A stretch of DNA of 55,523 nt from Alphaproteobacteria bacterium (GTDB lineage Bacteria > Pseudomonadota > Alphaproteobacteria > Rickettsiales > UBA8987). Under the pieces are notes generated by a model. It saw nothing but the letters and a program-made list of their open reading frames with translations, was not told where the DNA came from and did no database searches. The translations under genes were made by a program, and so were the position numbers. Numbering within the stretch: the first letter of the stretch is position 1; each line of letters starts with the position of its first letter. The stretch spans positions 1 to 55,523 of the forward strand of contig JBKCHH010000059.1 of the NCBI GenBank assembly GCA_046302855.1, in the 5' to 3' direction. Below, one piece after another: positions 1-9,899 of the stretch.

Positions 1-1
1 G

Positions 2-1552
2 TTTTACGGCATTGAGATTGAAGAATTCCCCGCACACATTGCCGAAGCCGCCATGTGGCTGACTGACCACCAGATGAACATGAAACTTTCGGAATCTTTT
101 GGGCAAGCCCTTACGCGCCTTCCCTTAAAAAAATCCGCCAATATCACCCACGGCAACGCGCTAACGACTGATTGGAAGGATGTTATCGCGCCGAGTAAAC
201 TTAGCTACATGCTGGGCAACCCACCGTTTGTGGGGTATAAATATCAAAATGAGGAACAGCATGCTGATATGTCAAAAGTATTTCATTTTGCAAAAGGCTC
301 AGGCGTGCTGGACTATGTCACGGCGTGGTATTGGAAAGCGACGCAGTATATTCAAGGCACTCGTATCAAAGTGGCGTTTGTTTCCACCAATTCCATCACA
401 CAGGGCGAGCAAGTTGGTATTCTTTGGCAACCGATGCTTTTGCACTACGGTATACACATTCATTTCGCACACCGCACCTTTAAATGGACAATTGACGAGA
501 AAAAAGCAAAGGGCATGAAAATTGCCGCTGTGCATTGTGTTATCGTAGGGTTTGCGAATTATGCTGCAGAATCAAATGTATTATTCGACTATGAAAAACC
601 CACTTCAGAACCGCACCGCGTAGAAGCAAAAAACATCAATCCGTATTTGGTAGATGCTCCAAATAACTTTATAATTAAAAGAACATCTCCAATTAGCGAT
701 GTTCCCAAAATTGATTATGGAAGCGAGCCAAGAGAAGGGGGCTATCTAATACTTTCTGATAACGAGAAAACAGAACTAATTTCTGAGAATGTAGAAAACT
801 TGAAATGGATAAGAAAATTTGTTAGTGCAGATGATTATTTGAACAATTTATCTCGCTGGTGTTTGTGGCTTGTTGATGCCAATCCTTCAGAAATTAAAAA
901 ATCAAAAATCATCACTAATAGATTAAAACAAGTTGCAGATTTTAGAGAGAAAAGTTTACAAAAAGCTGCTAATAAAGCGAGTGATACTCCTTCACTTTTT
1001 GTATCTATAAGACAGCCAACCTCTAAATATCTTCTTATCCCAATAGTATCTTCTGAGAGAAGAATGTATATCCCCATTGGTTATGTGGATGAAAAAATTA
1101 TTGTTAGTAATGCTTGCTTTGCACTACCCAACGCTACCCTCTACCATTTCGGCGTGTTGACCTCGCTGATGCATATGGATTGGATGCGCCATGTATGCGG
1201 CAGATTGAAAAGTGATTACCGTTATTCCAATACGCTTGTGTATAACAACTTCCCTTGGCCGTCCGCACCCAAGCCTGAACAGATAAAAATAATTGAGGAA
1301 AAAGCTAAGTGCGTGCTGGATGCCCGCGCCGCGTTTCCAAGCTCCACACTGGCAGACCTTTATGACCCGCTCACCATGCCACCATCACTGCTAAAAGCCC
1401 ACCAAGCCCTAGACAAGGCCGTGGATGCGGCGTATCGCAAACAACCCTTCATCAGTGAGCGCGAACGCATAGAATATCTTTTCGCTGAATACCAACGCCT
1501 CACCGCGCCTTTAATTGGGGCAATGAACGCGAAAAAACGCAGGAAGAAGTGA
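2..1552 (+). CDS. MmeI-family (type IIL/IIG) single-chain restriction-modification enzyme, 5'-truncated by the window edge (end of N6-adenine methyltransferase domain, target-recognition domain, C-terminal domain)
   Basis: Frame is open from nt 2 (FYGIEIEEFPAHIAEAAMWLTDHQ), so the gene continues to the left. Motif IV LGNPPFVG, TQGEQVGILW, and the tail LADLYDPLTMPPSLLKAHQALDKAVD are typical of MmeI-like enzymes. Flanks are 50-60% GC against a ~35% background. Confidence 0.8.
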   Translation, partial: FYGIEIEEFPAHIAEAAMWLTDHQMNMKLSESFGQALTRLPLKKSANITHGNALTTDWKDVIAPSKLSYMLGNPPFVGYKYQNEEQHADMSKVFHFAKGSGVLDYVTAWYWKATQYIQGTRIKVAFVSTNSITQGEQVGILWQPMLLHYGIHIHFAHRTFKWTIDEKKAKGMKIAAVHCVIVGFANYAAESNVLFDYEKPTSEPHRVEAKNINPYLVDAPNNFIIKRTSPISDVPKIDYGSEPREGGYLILSDNEKTELISENVENLKWIRKFVSADDYLNNLSRWCLWLVDANPSEIKKSKIITNRLKQVADFREKSLQKAANKASDTPSLFVSIRQPTSKYLLIPIVSSERRMYIPIGYVDEKIIVSNACFALPNATLYHFGVLTSLMHMDWMRHVCGRLKSDYRYSNTLVYNNFPWPSAPKPEQIKIIEEKAKCVLDARAAFPSSTLADLYDPLTMPPSLLKAHQALDKAVDAAYRKQPFISERERIEYLFAEYQRLTAPLIGAMNAKKRRKK

Positions 1553-1633
1553 GAATTATAAATTATGAAAAGCTAAACAATAAACTTTTTTCATAAACAC
1601 AAATATCTTTGTTGTTTATTACATTAATTTAAT

Positions 1634-1708
1634 TGGTGACCCCTACGAGATTTGAACTCGTGTTACCGCCGTGAAAGGGCGATGTCCTAACCGCTAGACG
1701 AAGGGGCC
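1634..1708 (-). tRNA. tRNA-Glu (anticodon UUC), CCA encoded
   Basis: The reverse complement folds as a cloverleaf: acceptor GGCCCCT/AGGGGTC, anticodon stem TCGCC/GGCGG, loop cTTTCAc, T-loop TTCAAAT, 75 nt. Confidence 0.9.
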
Positions 1709-1712
1709 AAAT

Positions 1713-1855
1713 AATACCATTCCTAATTCTACTTCTATGAATTTTTATGATTTTGCTTCGATGCTCGAATCCTCATTTACTTTGTGTAAACTTCGATTCT
1801 GTGCTTCAAGGCTAACGCATAAAAACCTCATATAAGCGAATTATGCAAAGGTCTT
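1713..1855 (-). repeat. Family-B palindromic repeat element, copy B1 (inverted relative to B2/B3)
   Basis: The reverse complement aligns along its whole length with 21797-21940 and 46047-46192. Termini are AAGACC.../...GGTCTT and the two halves are imperfect inverted repeats. Confidence 0.85.
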
Positions 1856-2029
1856 AACTCTTTTGCATAATCTTTTTAGAGGGCGGAATATAGAAAACTA
1901 TTTATATAAGTCTAGGTATTTTTACTCCCCTTAACATTTATTCAAACTTTATTCTTGGAAAAATATTAAAACTAATATAAAGAAGCACCCTAAACAAAAA
2001 AGCAACAATCAAAAAAAGGAAAATTTAAC

Positions 2030-4114
2030 ATGTTTAATGAAATTAAAAAGTCTATTCAATGGGGCGGAAGAACCCTTACTCTTGAAACCGGTAAAATTGC
2101 AAGGCAGGCAGATGGTGCCGTTCTTGTATCTTATGGCAATACTAAAGTATTAGCAACTGTAGTGGGTGATAAAAAAGCGAAGGATGGAGTAGATTTCTTT
2201 CCCCTTACCTGCATTTATCAAGAAAAAGCATTTGCAGCTGGCAGAATTCCAGGTGGATATGTAAAACGCGAAGGTAAGCCTTCACAAAAAGAAGTTTTAA
2301 CTTCAAGGCTTATAGATAGGCCAATTCGCCCCCTGTTTGAAGAGGGTTTTTATAACGAAACGCAAATTATCTGCACCGTATTGCAATATGATGCCAAAAA
2401 TGATCCAGATGTTATTGCCCTAATTGGAGCCTCCGCTGCTCTTAGCATTTCTGGACTTCCCTTTGTTGCCCCAATTGCAGCTATTAGAGTTGGTTTTACA
2501 GATGGTGAATATGTAATTAATCCAGAATCTGGTGATTTAAAAAATAGCCGTTTAGATTTAGTAGTTTCTGGCACAAAAGATTCTATAATGATGGTAGAAA
2601 GTGAAGCTAAAGAGCTAACTGAAGAAGAGATGCTAAAGGCTCTAGACTTCGCACAAGAAAACATGAAGCCAGTAATTGCCTTAATTGAAAAATTGGCAAA
2701 AGAAGCTGGTAAAGAAAAATGGAAAATAGAGAAAAAAGATAACTCTGACCTAGAAAAAAGAATCAAAAAACTAGGTGAGGGGGATTTTAAAAAGGCTTAC
2801 AAAATTAAAGATAAGCAAGAAAGGACAACAAAAATTTCTGAAACCCGCTCTAACATTATCGCCAAGCTAAAAGAAGAATTGGCAGAAAACTTTAATGAGC
2901 AAACAACCAACTCTTTAGTTAAACATTTAGAGAAGGATATTGTGCGTGGCGACCTTATTGCCAAAAAAATTCGTATTGATGGCAGAAAAGTTGATGAAAT
3001 TAGGCCAATAGTGGCAGAAACGCAACTTCTTCCGCAAACCCATGGCTCGGCTCTATTTACCCGTGGTGAAACGCAAGCTATTGTGGTAGCAACCCTTGGC
3101 ACTAGCCTAGATGAGCAAAGGATTGATTCAATTGAAGGGGATGTAACTGAAAGGTTTATGTTGCACTATAATTTCCCTCCCTTTTCAGTGGGTGAAGTAG
3201 GCAGAATGACAGGCCCTGGCAGAAGAGAAATCGGGCATGGCAAACTAGCTTGGCGGGCAATTAATCCGCTACTTCCTTCAAAAGAGGTTTTCCCCTATAC
3301 AATTAGGGTAGTTTCTGAAATTACCGAATCTAATGGTTCTTCCTCTATGGCAACGGTTTGTGGCACTTCCATGGCATTAATGGATGCTGGCGTTCCTTTA
3401 GAAAAGGCAATTAGTGGCATTGCTATGGGATTGGTGAAGGAGGGCAAAGACTATGTGGTTCTTTCAGACATTTTAGGTGATGAAGATAATCTAGGCGATA
3501 TGGATTTTAAAGTAGCTGGCACAAAGGATGGTATTACTGCCCTGCAGATGGATATTAAAATTCAAGGAATTTCTGCCAAAATTATGAGTGATGCTATTTC
3601 GCAAGCAAAAGAAGGCAGGCTTCACATTTTAAAAGAAATGAGCAAGGGTATAAAAGAAACAAGGGAATCAGTGGCAGAAAATGCTCCAAAAACTACTACC
3701 ATTCGTATTAACAAGGCTAAAATTCGTGAAGTAATTGGTAGCGGTGGCAAGGTTATTAAAGGTATTTGCGAAGCAAGTGGTGCTAAAATTGATATTGATG
3801 ATGATGGCACAATTCGCGTTTCTTCCTCTAATGGTGATCAAGCCAAAAAAGCAATTGAAATGATTCAAAACATAGTAGCGGAGCCAGAAGTAGGTAGGGT
3901 TTATAACGATGCTAAAATTGTTAAAATCTTAGATTTTGGTGCTATAGCTGAATTTTCTGGCAAGAATCAAGGCCTAATTCATATTTCACAATTTTCAGAC
4001 GCTAGGGTAGAAAAGGTGGAAGATGTGGTAAAAGAAGGCGATACCGTTAGGGTTAAAATCATCTCGGTTGATAAACAGGGCAAGATTAAACTTAGCATGA
4101 AGGATTTGGATTAG
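2030..4114 (+). CDS. pnp: Polyribonucleotide nucleotidyltransferase (PNPase)
   Basis: 694 aa with two RNase PH-like halves ([16 protein letters not shown]) and C-terminal KH and S1 domains. Confidence 0.95.
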   Translation: MFNEIKKSIQWGGRTLTLETGKIARQADGAVLVSYGNTKVLATVVGDKKAKDGVDFFPLTCIYQEKAFAAGRIPGGYVKREGKPSQKEVLTSRLIDRPIRPLFEEGFYNETQIICTVLQYDAKNDPDVIALIGASAALSISGLPFVAPIAAIRVGFTDGEYVINPESGDLKNSRLDLVVSGTKDSIMMVESEAKELTEEEMLKALDFAQENMKPVIALIEKLAKEAGKEKWKIEKKDNSDLEKRIKKLGEGDFKKAYKIKDKQERTTKISETRSNIIAKLKEELAENFNEQTTNSLVKHLEKDIVRGDLIAKKIRIDGRKVDEIRPIVAETQLLPQTHGSALFTRGETQAIVVATLGTSLDEQRIDSIEGDVTERFMLHYNFPPFSVGEVGRMTGPGRREIGHGKLAWRAINPLLPSKEVFPYTIRVVSEITESNGSSSMATVCGTSMALMDAGVPLEKAISGIAMGLVKEGKDYVVLSDILGDEDNLGDMDFKVAGTKDGITALQMDIKIQGISAKIMSDAISQAKEGRLHILKEMSKGIKETRESVAENAPKTTTIRINKAKIREVIGSGGKVIKGICEASGAKIDIDDDGTIRVSSSNGDQAKKAIEMIQNIVAEPEVGRVYNDAKIVKILDFGAIAEFSGKNQGLIHISQFSDARVEKVEDVVKEGDTVRVKIISVDKQGKIKLSMKDLD

Positions 4115-4223
4115 GATTGGATTAAAAGTAATTGTCCAAAAATCGGATCATTACAATTATATAACCAACCCCTTGTAATCTTACAAAAAAGCTAATATTT
4201 ACCCTAATATTGGATAATCTTGT

Positions 4224-5210
4224 ATGAGTTTAGCGGCATTAAATACCTATCTTGAACCCTTAAGGGATGTACTAAATATTGAAGGTATATCGGAAGTATC
4301 TATCAATCAACCGGGCGAAGTGTGGATTGATCAAAGGGGAAAAAGAATCCGCTTTATAAAACCAGAGGTTGATTTAAAATACCTAAAGTTTTTGGCAAGG
4401 CTAGTTGCCCAATCTACCGCACAGGATATTAGCGAACAAAAGCCCCTGCTTTCTGCCACCCTGCCAGAAGGTTATCGTATTCAAATAATTTATCCGCCGG
4501 CTTGTGAGGCAGATAAGGTAATAGTTTCAATTAGAAAACAAACCATAGTTAATCTAGATTTAGATGATTACGAAAAGCTAGGTGCCTTTGATAATACCTT
4601 AATTAAGGCTAAGGAAGATGAAGATAAAAAAGTTCTAGAAGCCTTGCTCGAAGGGGGTAAAATAAAAGATTTTATAAAGCAGGCGGTAAAGAGAAGAAAA
4701 AATATTATTGTCTCTGGTGGAACCTCAACGGGCAAGACCACCTTTATGAATGCAACCTTAAGGGCAATTCCAGATGAAGAAAGAATAATTACAGTAGAAG
4801 ATGCAAGGGAAATTCAGCTAGTTCAGCCAAACAAGGTGCATTTGGTTGTATCGCGTGGTGGGCAGGGCATTGCTCAAGTAACCACCCAAACCCTAATTGA
4901 ATCTTGCCTAAGGTTAGCGCCAGATAGAATAATAGTGGGTGAGTTAAGGGGGGCAGAGGCATTTAGCTTCGTGCGGGCAATTAATACAGGCCACCCAGGT
5001 TCGATTGCAACCCTGCATGCAGATTCGCCAAAGATGGCTATTGAACAGCTAGTTCTAATGTTAATTCAGGCCGATATTGGTTTAACAAGAGGTGAAATTA
5101 TCCCCTACTTAAAAAATGTTATCGATATTATTGTTCAGCTAAAAAGGGGCGAAAATGGCAATAGATATGTTTCTGAAATTTACTATAACAAAGAAAAAGG
5201 TAGCTTTTAA
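4224..5210 (+). CDS. virB11: Type IV secretion ATPase VirB11 (P-type DNA transfer ATPase)
   Basis: 328 aa with Walker A GGTSTGKTT, ITVEDAREI, VGELRGAEA, and the NTGHPGSIATLHA His box. Confidence 0.88.
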   Translation: MSLAALNTYLEPLRDVLNIEGISEVSINQPGEVWIDQRGKRIRFIKPEVDLKYLKFLARLVAQSTAQDISEQKPLLSATLPEGYRIQIIYPPACEADKVIVSIRKQTIVNLDLDDYEKLGAFDNTLIKAKEDEDKKVLEALLEGGKIKDFIKQAVKRRKNIIVSGGTSTGKTTFMNATLRAIPDEERIITVEDAREIQLVQPNKVHLVVSRGGQGIAQVTTQTLIESCLRLAPDRIIVGELRGAEAFSFVRAINTGHPGSIATLHADSPKMAIEQLVLMLIQADIGLTRGEIIPYLKNVIDIIVQLKRGENGNRYVSEIYYNKEKGSF

Positions 5211-5225
5211 GAGGGGCTAAATCGT

Positions 5226-6326
5226 ATGAAAAAAACATTATTTGATACACTAAAAGTTGGCGATATTACGCTAAAAAATCGCTTAATTATGGCGCCACTT
5301 ACTAGAATGCGCTCTAAGCAACCGGGCAATATTCCACATGAATTAAATGCAACCTATTACGCACAAAGGGCAAGTGCTGGGCTAATTATTTCAGAGGCGA
5401 CGCAAATAAGCCAGCAAGGGCAAGGCTACCCTGCAACTCCGGGAATTCATTCAAAAGAGCAAATTAAGGGTTGGAAAATTGTAACTAGTGCAGTGCACAA
5501 AGCAGGTGGGAAAATATTTTTGCAATTATGGCATGTGGGCAGAATTTCGCACCCATCGCACCAGCCAGATGGAAAGGAGCCAGTTGCCCCTTCTGCCATT
5601 GCTGCCAAAAATAGTGGCACCTATACTTCCACCTGGCAACCAACTGAAATTCTAACGCCAAGAGCCTTAACACTTGCCGAAATAAAAGAAATTATTGAGG
5701 ATTTCTCATCGGCTGCCAAAAATGCCAAAGAAGCTGGTTTTGATGGGGTGGAAGTTCATGGAGCAAATGGCTATTTGCTTGATCAATTCTTGCAAGATGG
5801 CTCTAATAAAAGAACAGATGAATATGGGGGGTCAATTGAAAACAGAAGCAAACTTCTTTTGCAAGTGGTTGACGCGGTTATAAAGGTTTGGGGCAAAGGA
5901 AGAGTTGGCGTTCGCCTTTCACCATATGGCACATTTAATGATATGAGTGATAGTAATCCAGAAAAGCTTTTTTCTTATGTAATAAAACAGTTAGATAAAA
6001 GGGAAATTGCTTTTATAGACCTAATAGAACCGCGTTCGTCTTCAGCTGGCTCGCAAGATAAAAATATAAGCGATGCACCGCAGGTAAACAAAATTTTTAG
6101 AAAGTTATTTAAAGGGGTAATAATTTCAGCCGGCGGATATAGCCCACAAACGGCGAAGGAAGCAGTAGAAAATGGTGATGCCGATGCAGTTTCTTTCGGC
6201 AGATTTTTTATCTCTAACCCAGATTTGCCACAAAGAATAAAACAAGGGGAAGAGCTTAATAAGTATGACAGAGCTACCTTTTACGGTGGTGGTGAGAAGG
6301 GCTATACCGATTACCCAACCCTATAA
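5226..6326 (+). CDS. NADH:flavin oxidoreductase, Old Yellow Enzyme family (NemA-like alkene reductase)
   Basis: Contains MAPLTRMR and HGANGYLLDQFLQD. The 366-aa length fits OYE/N-ethylmaleimide reductase. Confidence 0.88.
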   Translation: MKKTLFDTLKVGDITLKNRLIMAPLTRMRSKQPGNIPHELNATYYAQRASAGLIISEATQISQQGQGYPATPGIHSKEQIKGWKIVTSAVHKAGGKIFLQLWHVGRISHPSHQPDGKEPVAPSAIAAKNSGTYTSTWQPTEILTPRALTLAEIKEIIEDFSSAAKNAKEAGFDGVEVHGANGYLLDQFLQDGSNKRTDEYGGSIENRSKLLLQVVDAVIKVWGKGRVGVRLSPYGTFNDMSDSNPEKLFSYVIKQLDKREIAFIDLIEPRSSSAGSQDKNISDAPQVNKIFRKLFKGVIISAGGYSPQTAKEAVENGDADAVSFGRFFISNPDLPQRIKQGEELNKYDRATFYGGGEKGYTDYPTL

Positions 6327-6343
6327 TTTTTTCTAATTATTTC

Positions 6344-6372
6344 TTGACCAGAAGCCACTTGGTTTCTATATG
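6344..6372 (+). promoter_or_regulatory. Putative sigma-70 promoter for the polyamine genes
   Basis: TTGACC, a 17-nt spacer, then TATATG, lying 27 nt upstream of the ATG at 6399. Confidence 0.35.
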
Positions 6373-6398
6373 GTGCATAGTTAATAATAATAACGAAA

Positions 6399-7622
6399 AT
6401 GACAAATTCTTTTTCTGGAACTATATTGGTAATTGGGGCGGGTGCAGCGGGTAGTGTTGTAGTAAAAAAAGCTGATAAAAATCGCCATATTTTTAAAAAA
6501 ATTCATCTAGCTAGCAGAACCCTTAGCAAGTGTGAAAAAATTAAAAAGGAATGCAAAGGTGAAATTTCAATTTCGCAAATTGATGCAGATAATTCTAAAG
6601 AAGTAGTTGCCTTAATAAAAAAGGTTAAGCCAGATTTGGTTATTAATATGGCACTTCCCTACCAAGACTTGGCAATTATGGATGCCTGTTTGGAAACAAA
6701 GGTTCATTATCTAGATACAGCTAACTATGAGCCAAAAGACGAGGCTAAATTTCACTATGGTTGGCAATGGGCATATGAAGAAAGATTTAAAAAGGCTGGT
6801 TTGCTTGCCATTCTTGGTTGCGGTTTTGACCCCGGGGTTAGCAATATTTTCTGTGCCTATGCTCAAAAACATCTGTTCGATACCATTGATTATATTGATA
6901 TAATCGATTGTAATGATGGCAATCACGGTAAAAGTTTCGCCACCAATTTTAATCCAGAAATCAACATCCGGGAAGTAACGCAAGATGGTAAATATTTTGA
7001 AAAGGGGAAGTGGAAAGAAATAAAAGCCCTTTCAATAAAAAGGGATATTGATTACCCAGAAGTTGGCAAAAGAGCCTCCTACTTAATTTATCACGAAGAG
7101 TTGGAATCTTTAGCCAAAAATATTAAGGGATTGAAAAGAATCCGCTTTTGGATGACCTTTTCAGAAAACTACATTAAACACCTAGATGTATTGCAAAGTG
7201 TGGGTATGACCCGCATTGATCCTATAGATTATAATGGCACCAAAATAATTCCTTTACAGTTTTTAAAAGCTCTACTCCCAGAGCCATCTTCACTTGCAGA
7301 AAACTATTCAGGCAAAACCTCAATAGGATGCGTTATTCAAGGAACAAAAAATGGCAAGGAGAAAAAGTATTTAATTTATAATGTGTGTGATCACGCAAAA
7401 ACCAATATAGAAATTGGTGCTCAAGCAGTTTCATACACAACTGGCGTGCCACCTGTAGTTGGAGCTATAATGCTATTACAGGGCGTATGGAGTGGAGCTG
7501 GAGTTAAAAATGTTGAGGAATTAGACCCAGACAAATTCCTTACAGAGCTTGCTATTCAAGGCTTGCCGTGGCATGTAAAGGAGTTAAAAATAAAAGATAA
7601 AAATGAACCGCTTGATTACTAG
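6399..7622 (+). CDS. Saccharopine dehydrogenase-family carboxynorspermidine/carboxyspermidine dehydrogenase
   Basis: N-terminal Rossmann motif VIGAGAAGS, plus GCGFDPGV and ATNFNPEINIREV. The 407-aa length and the adjacent nspC support the call. Confidence 0.8.
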   Translation: MTNSFSGTILVIGAGAAGSVVVKKADKNRHIFKKIHLASRTLSKCEKIKKECKGEISISQIDADNSKEVVALIKKVKPDLVINMALPYQDLAIMDACLETKVHYLDTANYEPKDEAKFHYGWQWAYEERFKKAGLLAILGCGFDPGVSNIFCAYAQKHLFDTIDYIDIIDCNDGNHGKSFATNFNPEINIREVTQDGKYFEKGKWKEIKALSIKRDIDYPEVGKRASYLIYHEELESLAKNIKGLKRIRFWMTFSENYIKHLDVLQSVGMTRIDPIDYNGTKIIPLQFLKALLPEPSSLAENYSGKTSIGCVIQGTKNGKEKKYLIYNVCDHAKTNIEIGAQAVSYTTGVPPVVGAIMLLQGVWSGAGVKNVEELDPDKFLTELAIQGLPWHVKELKIKDKNEPLDY

Positions 7623-8730
7623 CATAGATAAAATTCCTACTCCTGCAGTGGTAGTTGAGTTATCAAGGCTAAAGCGGAATTTAAAAATAGTTGAGCGGAT
7701 AAAAAAAGAAACCAACTGCCAAGTTCTGCTTGCCTTAAAGGCATTTTCTACCTTTGCCCTTTTCCCATATATGAAGCCTTATTTTGATGGCACCACTGCT
7801 AGCGGTTTTTATGAGGCAAAACTGGGCTTTGAAAAGTTTGGCAAGCAGGTTCACACCTATAGCCCAGCTTATGACGCTACTGAAATAAAAAATCTAACAA
7901 AAATTTCTAACCATATTTATTTTAACTCTATTAACCAATATGAAAGGTTTGCTCCCTTAATAAAAAACAAGAAAACAAAATTTGGTTTAAGAGTAAATCC
8001 GCAGTTTTCAGCAGTGGAATTTAATATGTATAACCCCTGCCAACAATATTCTAGGTTTGGCGTTTTAAAAGAAAACTTGCCTAAAAACTTACCTCAAAAC
8101 ATTGATACTCTACATTTTCACGCCCTGTGTGAAAGTGGGGCGGAAACTTCTGCCAGTTTAATTGAACATGTTGCTAATAACTTTGCCCCTTGGATAAAAC
8201 AGATAAAGTTTGTCAATTTTGGTGGTGGGCATTATTTTTCAAAAGAAAATTATAATCTAGAACTGCTAATTTCCGCCATTAACAAATTTAAAGAAAAGTT
8301 TGGCGTTCAAGTAATTTTAGAACCGGGCGGTGCGGTTGTGTATGATTGTGGCTTTTTGTTGGCAAAGGTGCTGGATGTAATAGAAAACGAAAAGAAAATT
8401 GCCATACTAGATACTTCTGCCACCTGCCATATGCCAGATGTTATAGAAATGCCCTATCGCCCAAGAGTGGCAGGCGATGGAGCGTTTAAACATAAGTATA
8501 TTTTTACTGGCAAAACCTGCCTATCTGGCGATATTATTGGTGAATATGCCTTTAAAACTCCGCTAAAAATTGGTGATAAGGTAATGTTTTTAGATATGAT
8601 TCAATATACAACAGTAAAAACCACCACCTTTAACGGCGTTCCTTTGCCAGAACTTGGTATTTTAGATGAAAAGGGAAATTATAAAAAAATCAAAAAATTT
8701 GGCTTTAATAGTTTTAAAGATAGGTTGTAG
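7603..8730 (+). CDS. nspC: Carboxynorspermidine/carboxyspermidine decarboxylase
   Basis: 375 aa with an alanine racemase-like fold (GGGH, EPGGAVV). It overlaps the upstream dehydrogenase gene by 20 nt. Confidence 0.82.
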   Translation: MNRLITSIDKIPTPAVVVELSRLKRNLKIVERIKKETNCQVLLALKAFSTFALFPYMKPYFDGTTASGFYEAKLGFEKFGKQVHTYSPAYDATEIKNLTKISNHIYFNSINQYERFAPLIKNKKTKFGLRVNPQFSAVEFNMYNPCQQYSRFGVLKENLPKNLPQNIDTLHFHALCESGAETSASLIEHVANNFAPWIKQIKFVNFGGGHYFSKENYNLELLISAINKFKEKFGVQVILEPGGAVVYDCGFLLAKVLDVIENEKKIAILDTSATCHMPDVIEMPYRPRVAGDGAFKHKYIFTGKTCLSGDIIGEYAFKTPLKIGDKVMFLDMIQYTTVKTTTFNGVPLPELGILDEKGNYKKIKKFGFNSFKDRL

Positions 8731-8731
8731 T

Positions 8732-9340
8732 TTAACCCTGAATTTTAGAAATATAAAGCACCATACCAACCTCCCTCTCCTTTATCTTTAAGGGAATTAG
8801 CTCATGCGAAAAAGTAAATTTTTTGCTAGCAACTTCAATTTCTTCATTGGTTTTTTCACCCTTTAGCAAATATAATTGAGAGGGGAATTTTTTATTAAAC
8901 AGACCTAGTATATTGTAGAGTGCAGAAAATGCCTTGGCGGTAATAGTCTTTCCACTTAAATTTACTTCCTCCACCTTTTTTTCTATAACGGAAAAGTTAT
9001 TCAAACCTAAATTTACCTTCAAATTTTGCAAAAACACGCATTTTTTAGAGCTTATTTCTATGGCAAATATTTTTGTGTTGGGTAAAAAAATTGCTAGAAT
9101 AATGGAGGGCAAGCCATTGCCAGAGCCTAAATCATAAACCTCCCCTTCTTTTTCTAGCAACCTAGACAAAATAATAGCTTGCGGAATATGAATTTCATTT
9201 ATTTCATTTAATGCCTGATTACCAATTAGGCTGTAAGCCTTATTCCACTTTTTTAGCAAAGAGACGAAATTTTCAATTTGTGTTGCTTGAATATCTGTTA
9301 TATTGTTAATAAGGTTTTTATTAATCTGTAAATTTTTCAT
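8732..9340 (-). CDS. rsmG: 16S rRNA (guanine527-N7)-methyltransferase RsmG (GidB)
   Basis: 202 aa with SAM motif DLGSGNGLPSI and a typical GidB layout. Confidence 0.85.
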   Translation of the reverse strand: MKNLQINKNLINNITDIQATQIENFVSLLKKWNKAYSLIGNQALNEINEIHIPQAIILSRLLEKEGEVYDLGSGNGLPSIILAIFLPNTKIFAIEISSKKCVFLQNLKVNLGLNNFSVIEKKVEEVNLSGKTITAKAFSALYNILGLFNKKFPSQLYLLKGEKTNEEIEVASKKFTFSHELIPLKIKEREVGMVLYISKIQG

Positions 9341-9347
9341 ATAACTT

Positions 9348-9845
9348 ATGGTAAAAAATAAAACTGCTATTTATCCGGGAACTTTTGACCCAATAACTTA
9401 CGGTCATATAGATGTTATCAAGTCTGGACTCAAGATATTTGATAATATAATAATCGCTATTGCGGAAGATGCCAACAAAACGCCAATCTTTGTTCCAGAA
9501 AAAAGAAAAACCTTAATTGAGCAAGAGTTAAAAAGGCTAAAGCTAGAAAATAGGGTTAAGGTAGAGGTGTTTAATGGCTTATTAGTTGAGTTCGCCAAAA
9601 AAAGAAAGGTAGAGGTTATTTTGCGTGGCTTAAGGGCAGTTTCAGACTTTGAATTTGAATTTCAAATGGCACACACCAATTCTAAACTAGATGCCTCTAT
9701 TCAAACAGTATTTATTCCAGCTACTGAATCTTCCCATTACATAGCCTCTAGAATAGTAAAGGAAATAGCCAAGCTAAATGGCAATTTAGAAGAATTTGTT
9801 TCCCCCTTAATTGAAAAAGAGCTGAAGATTTATTATAAAAAGTAA
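9348..9845 (+). CDS. coaD: Phosphopantetheine adenylyltransferase
   Basis: Contains YPGTFDPITYGHIDV (T/HxGH) and is 165 aa long. Confidence 0.93.
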   Translation: MVKNKTAIYPGTFDPITYGHIDVIKSGLKIFDNIIIAIAEDANKTPIFVPEKRKTLIEQELKRLKLENRVKVEVFNGLLVEFAKKRKVEVILRGLRAVSDFEFEFQMAHTNSKLDASIQTVFIPATESSHYIASRIVKEIAKLNGNLEEFVSPLIEKELKIYYKK

Positions 9846-9899
9846 TTCTAGACTAATAATAACATTTAAATATAGCACTTAAAAAACCTTATTTTTAAA

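Noticed and set aside
180-4114. Short internal or antisense ORFs inside the RM gene and pnp (for example 180-518, 299-535, 835-1077, 2350-2766, 2797-3102, 3622-3868). Similar ones lie inside trpB, pgi, cobS, metZ, mutL, phoX, lolD and others.
   Set aside because: They are fully nested in well-supported long CDS on the same or the opposite strand, and they have no independent motif support.
8730-8732. A search for intrinsic terminators between tightly convergent genes (8730/8732, 10862/10869, 18131/18134, 21479/21482, 37652/37659).
   Set aside because: The gaps are 0-6 nt or the genes overlap, so no stem-loop plus U-tract can fit. I call no terminators.
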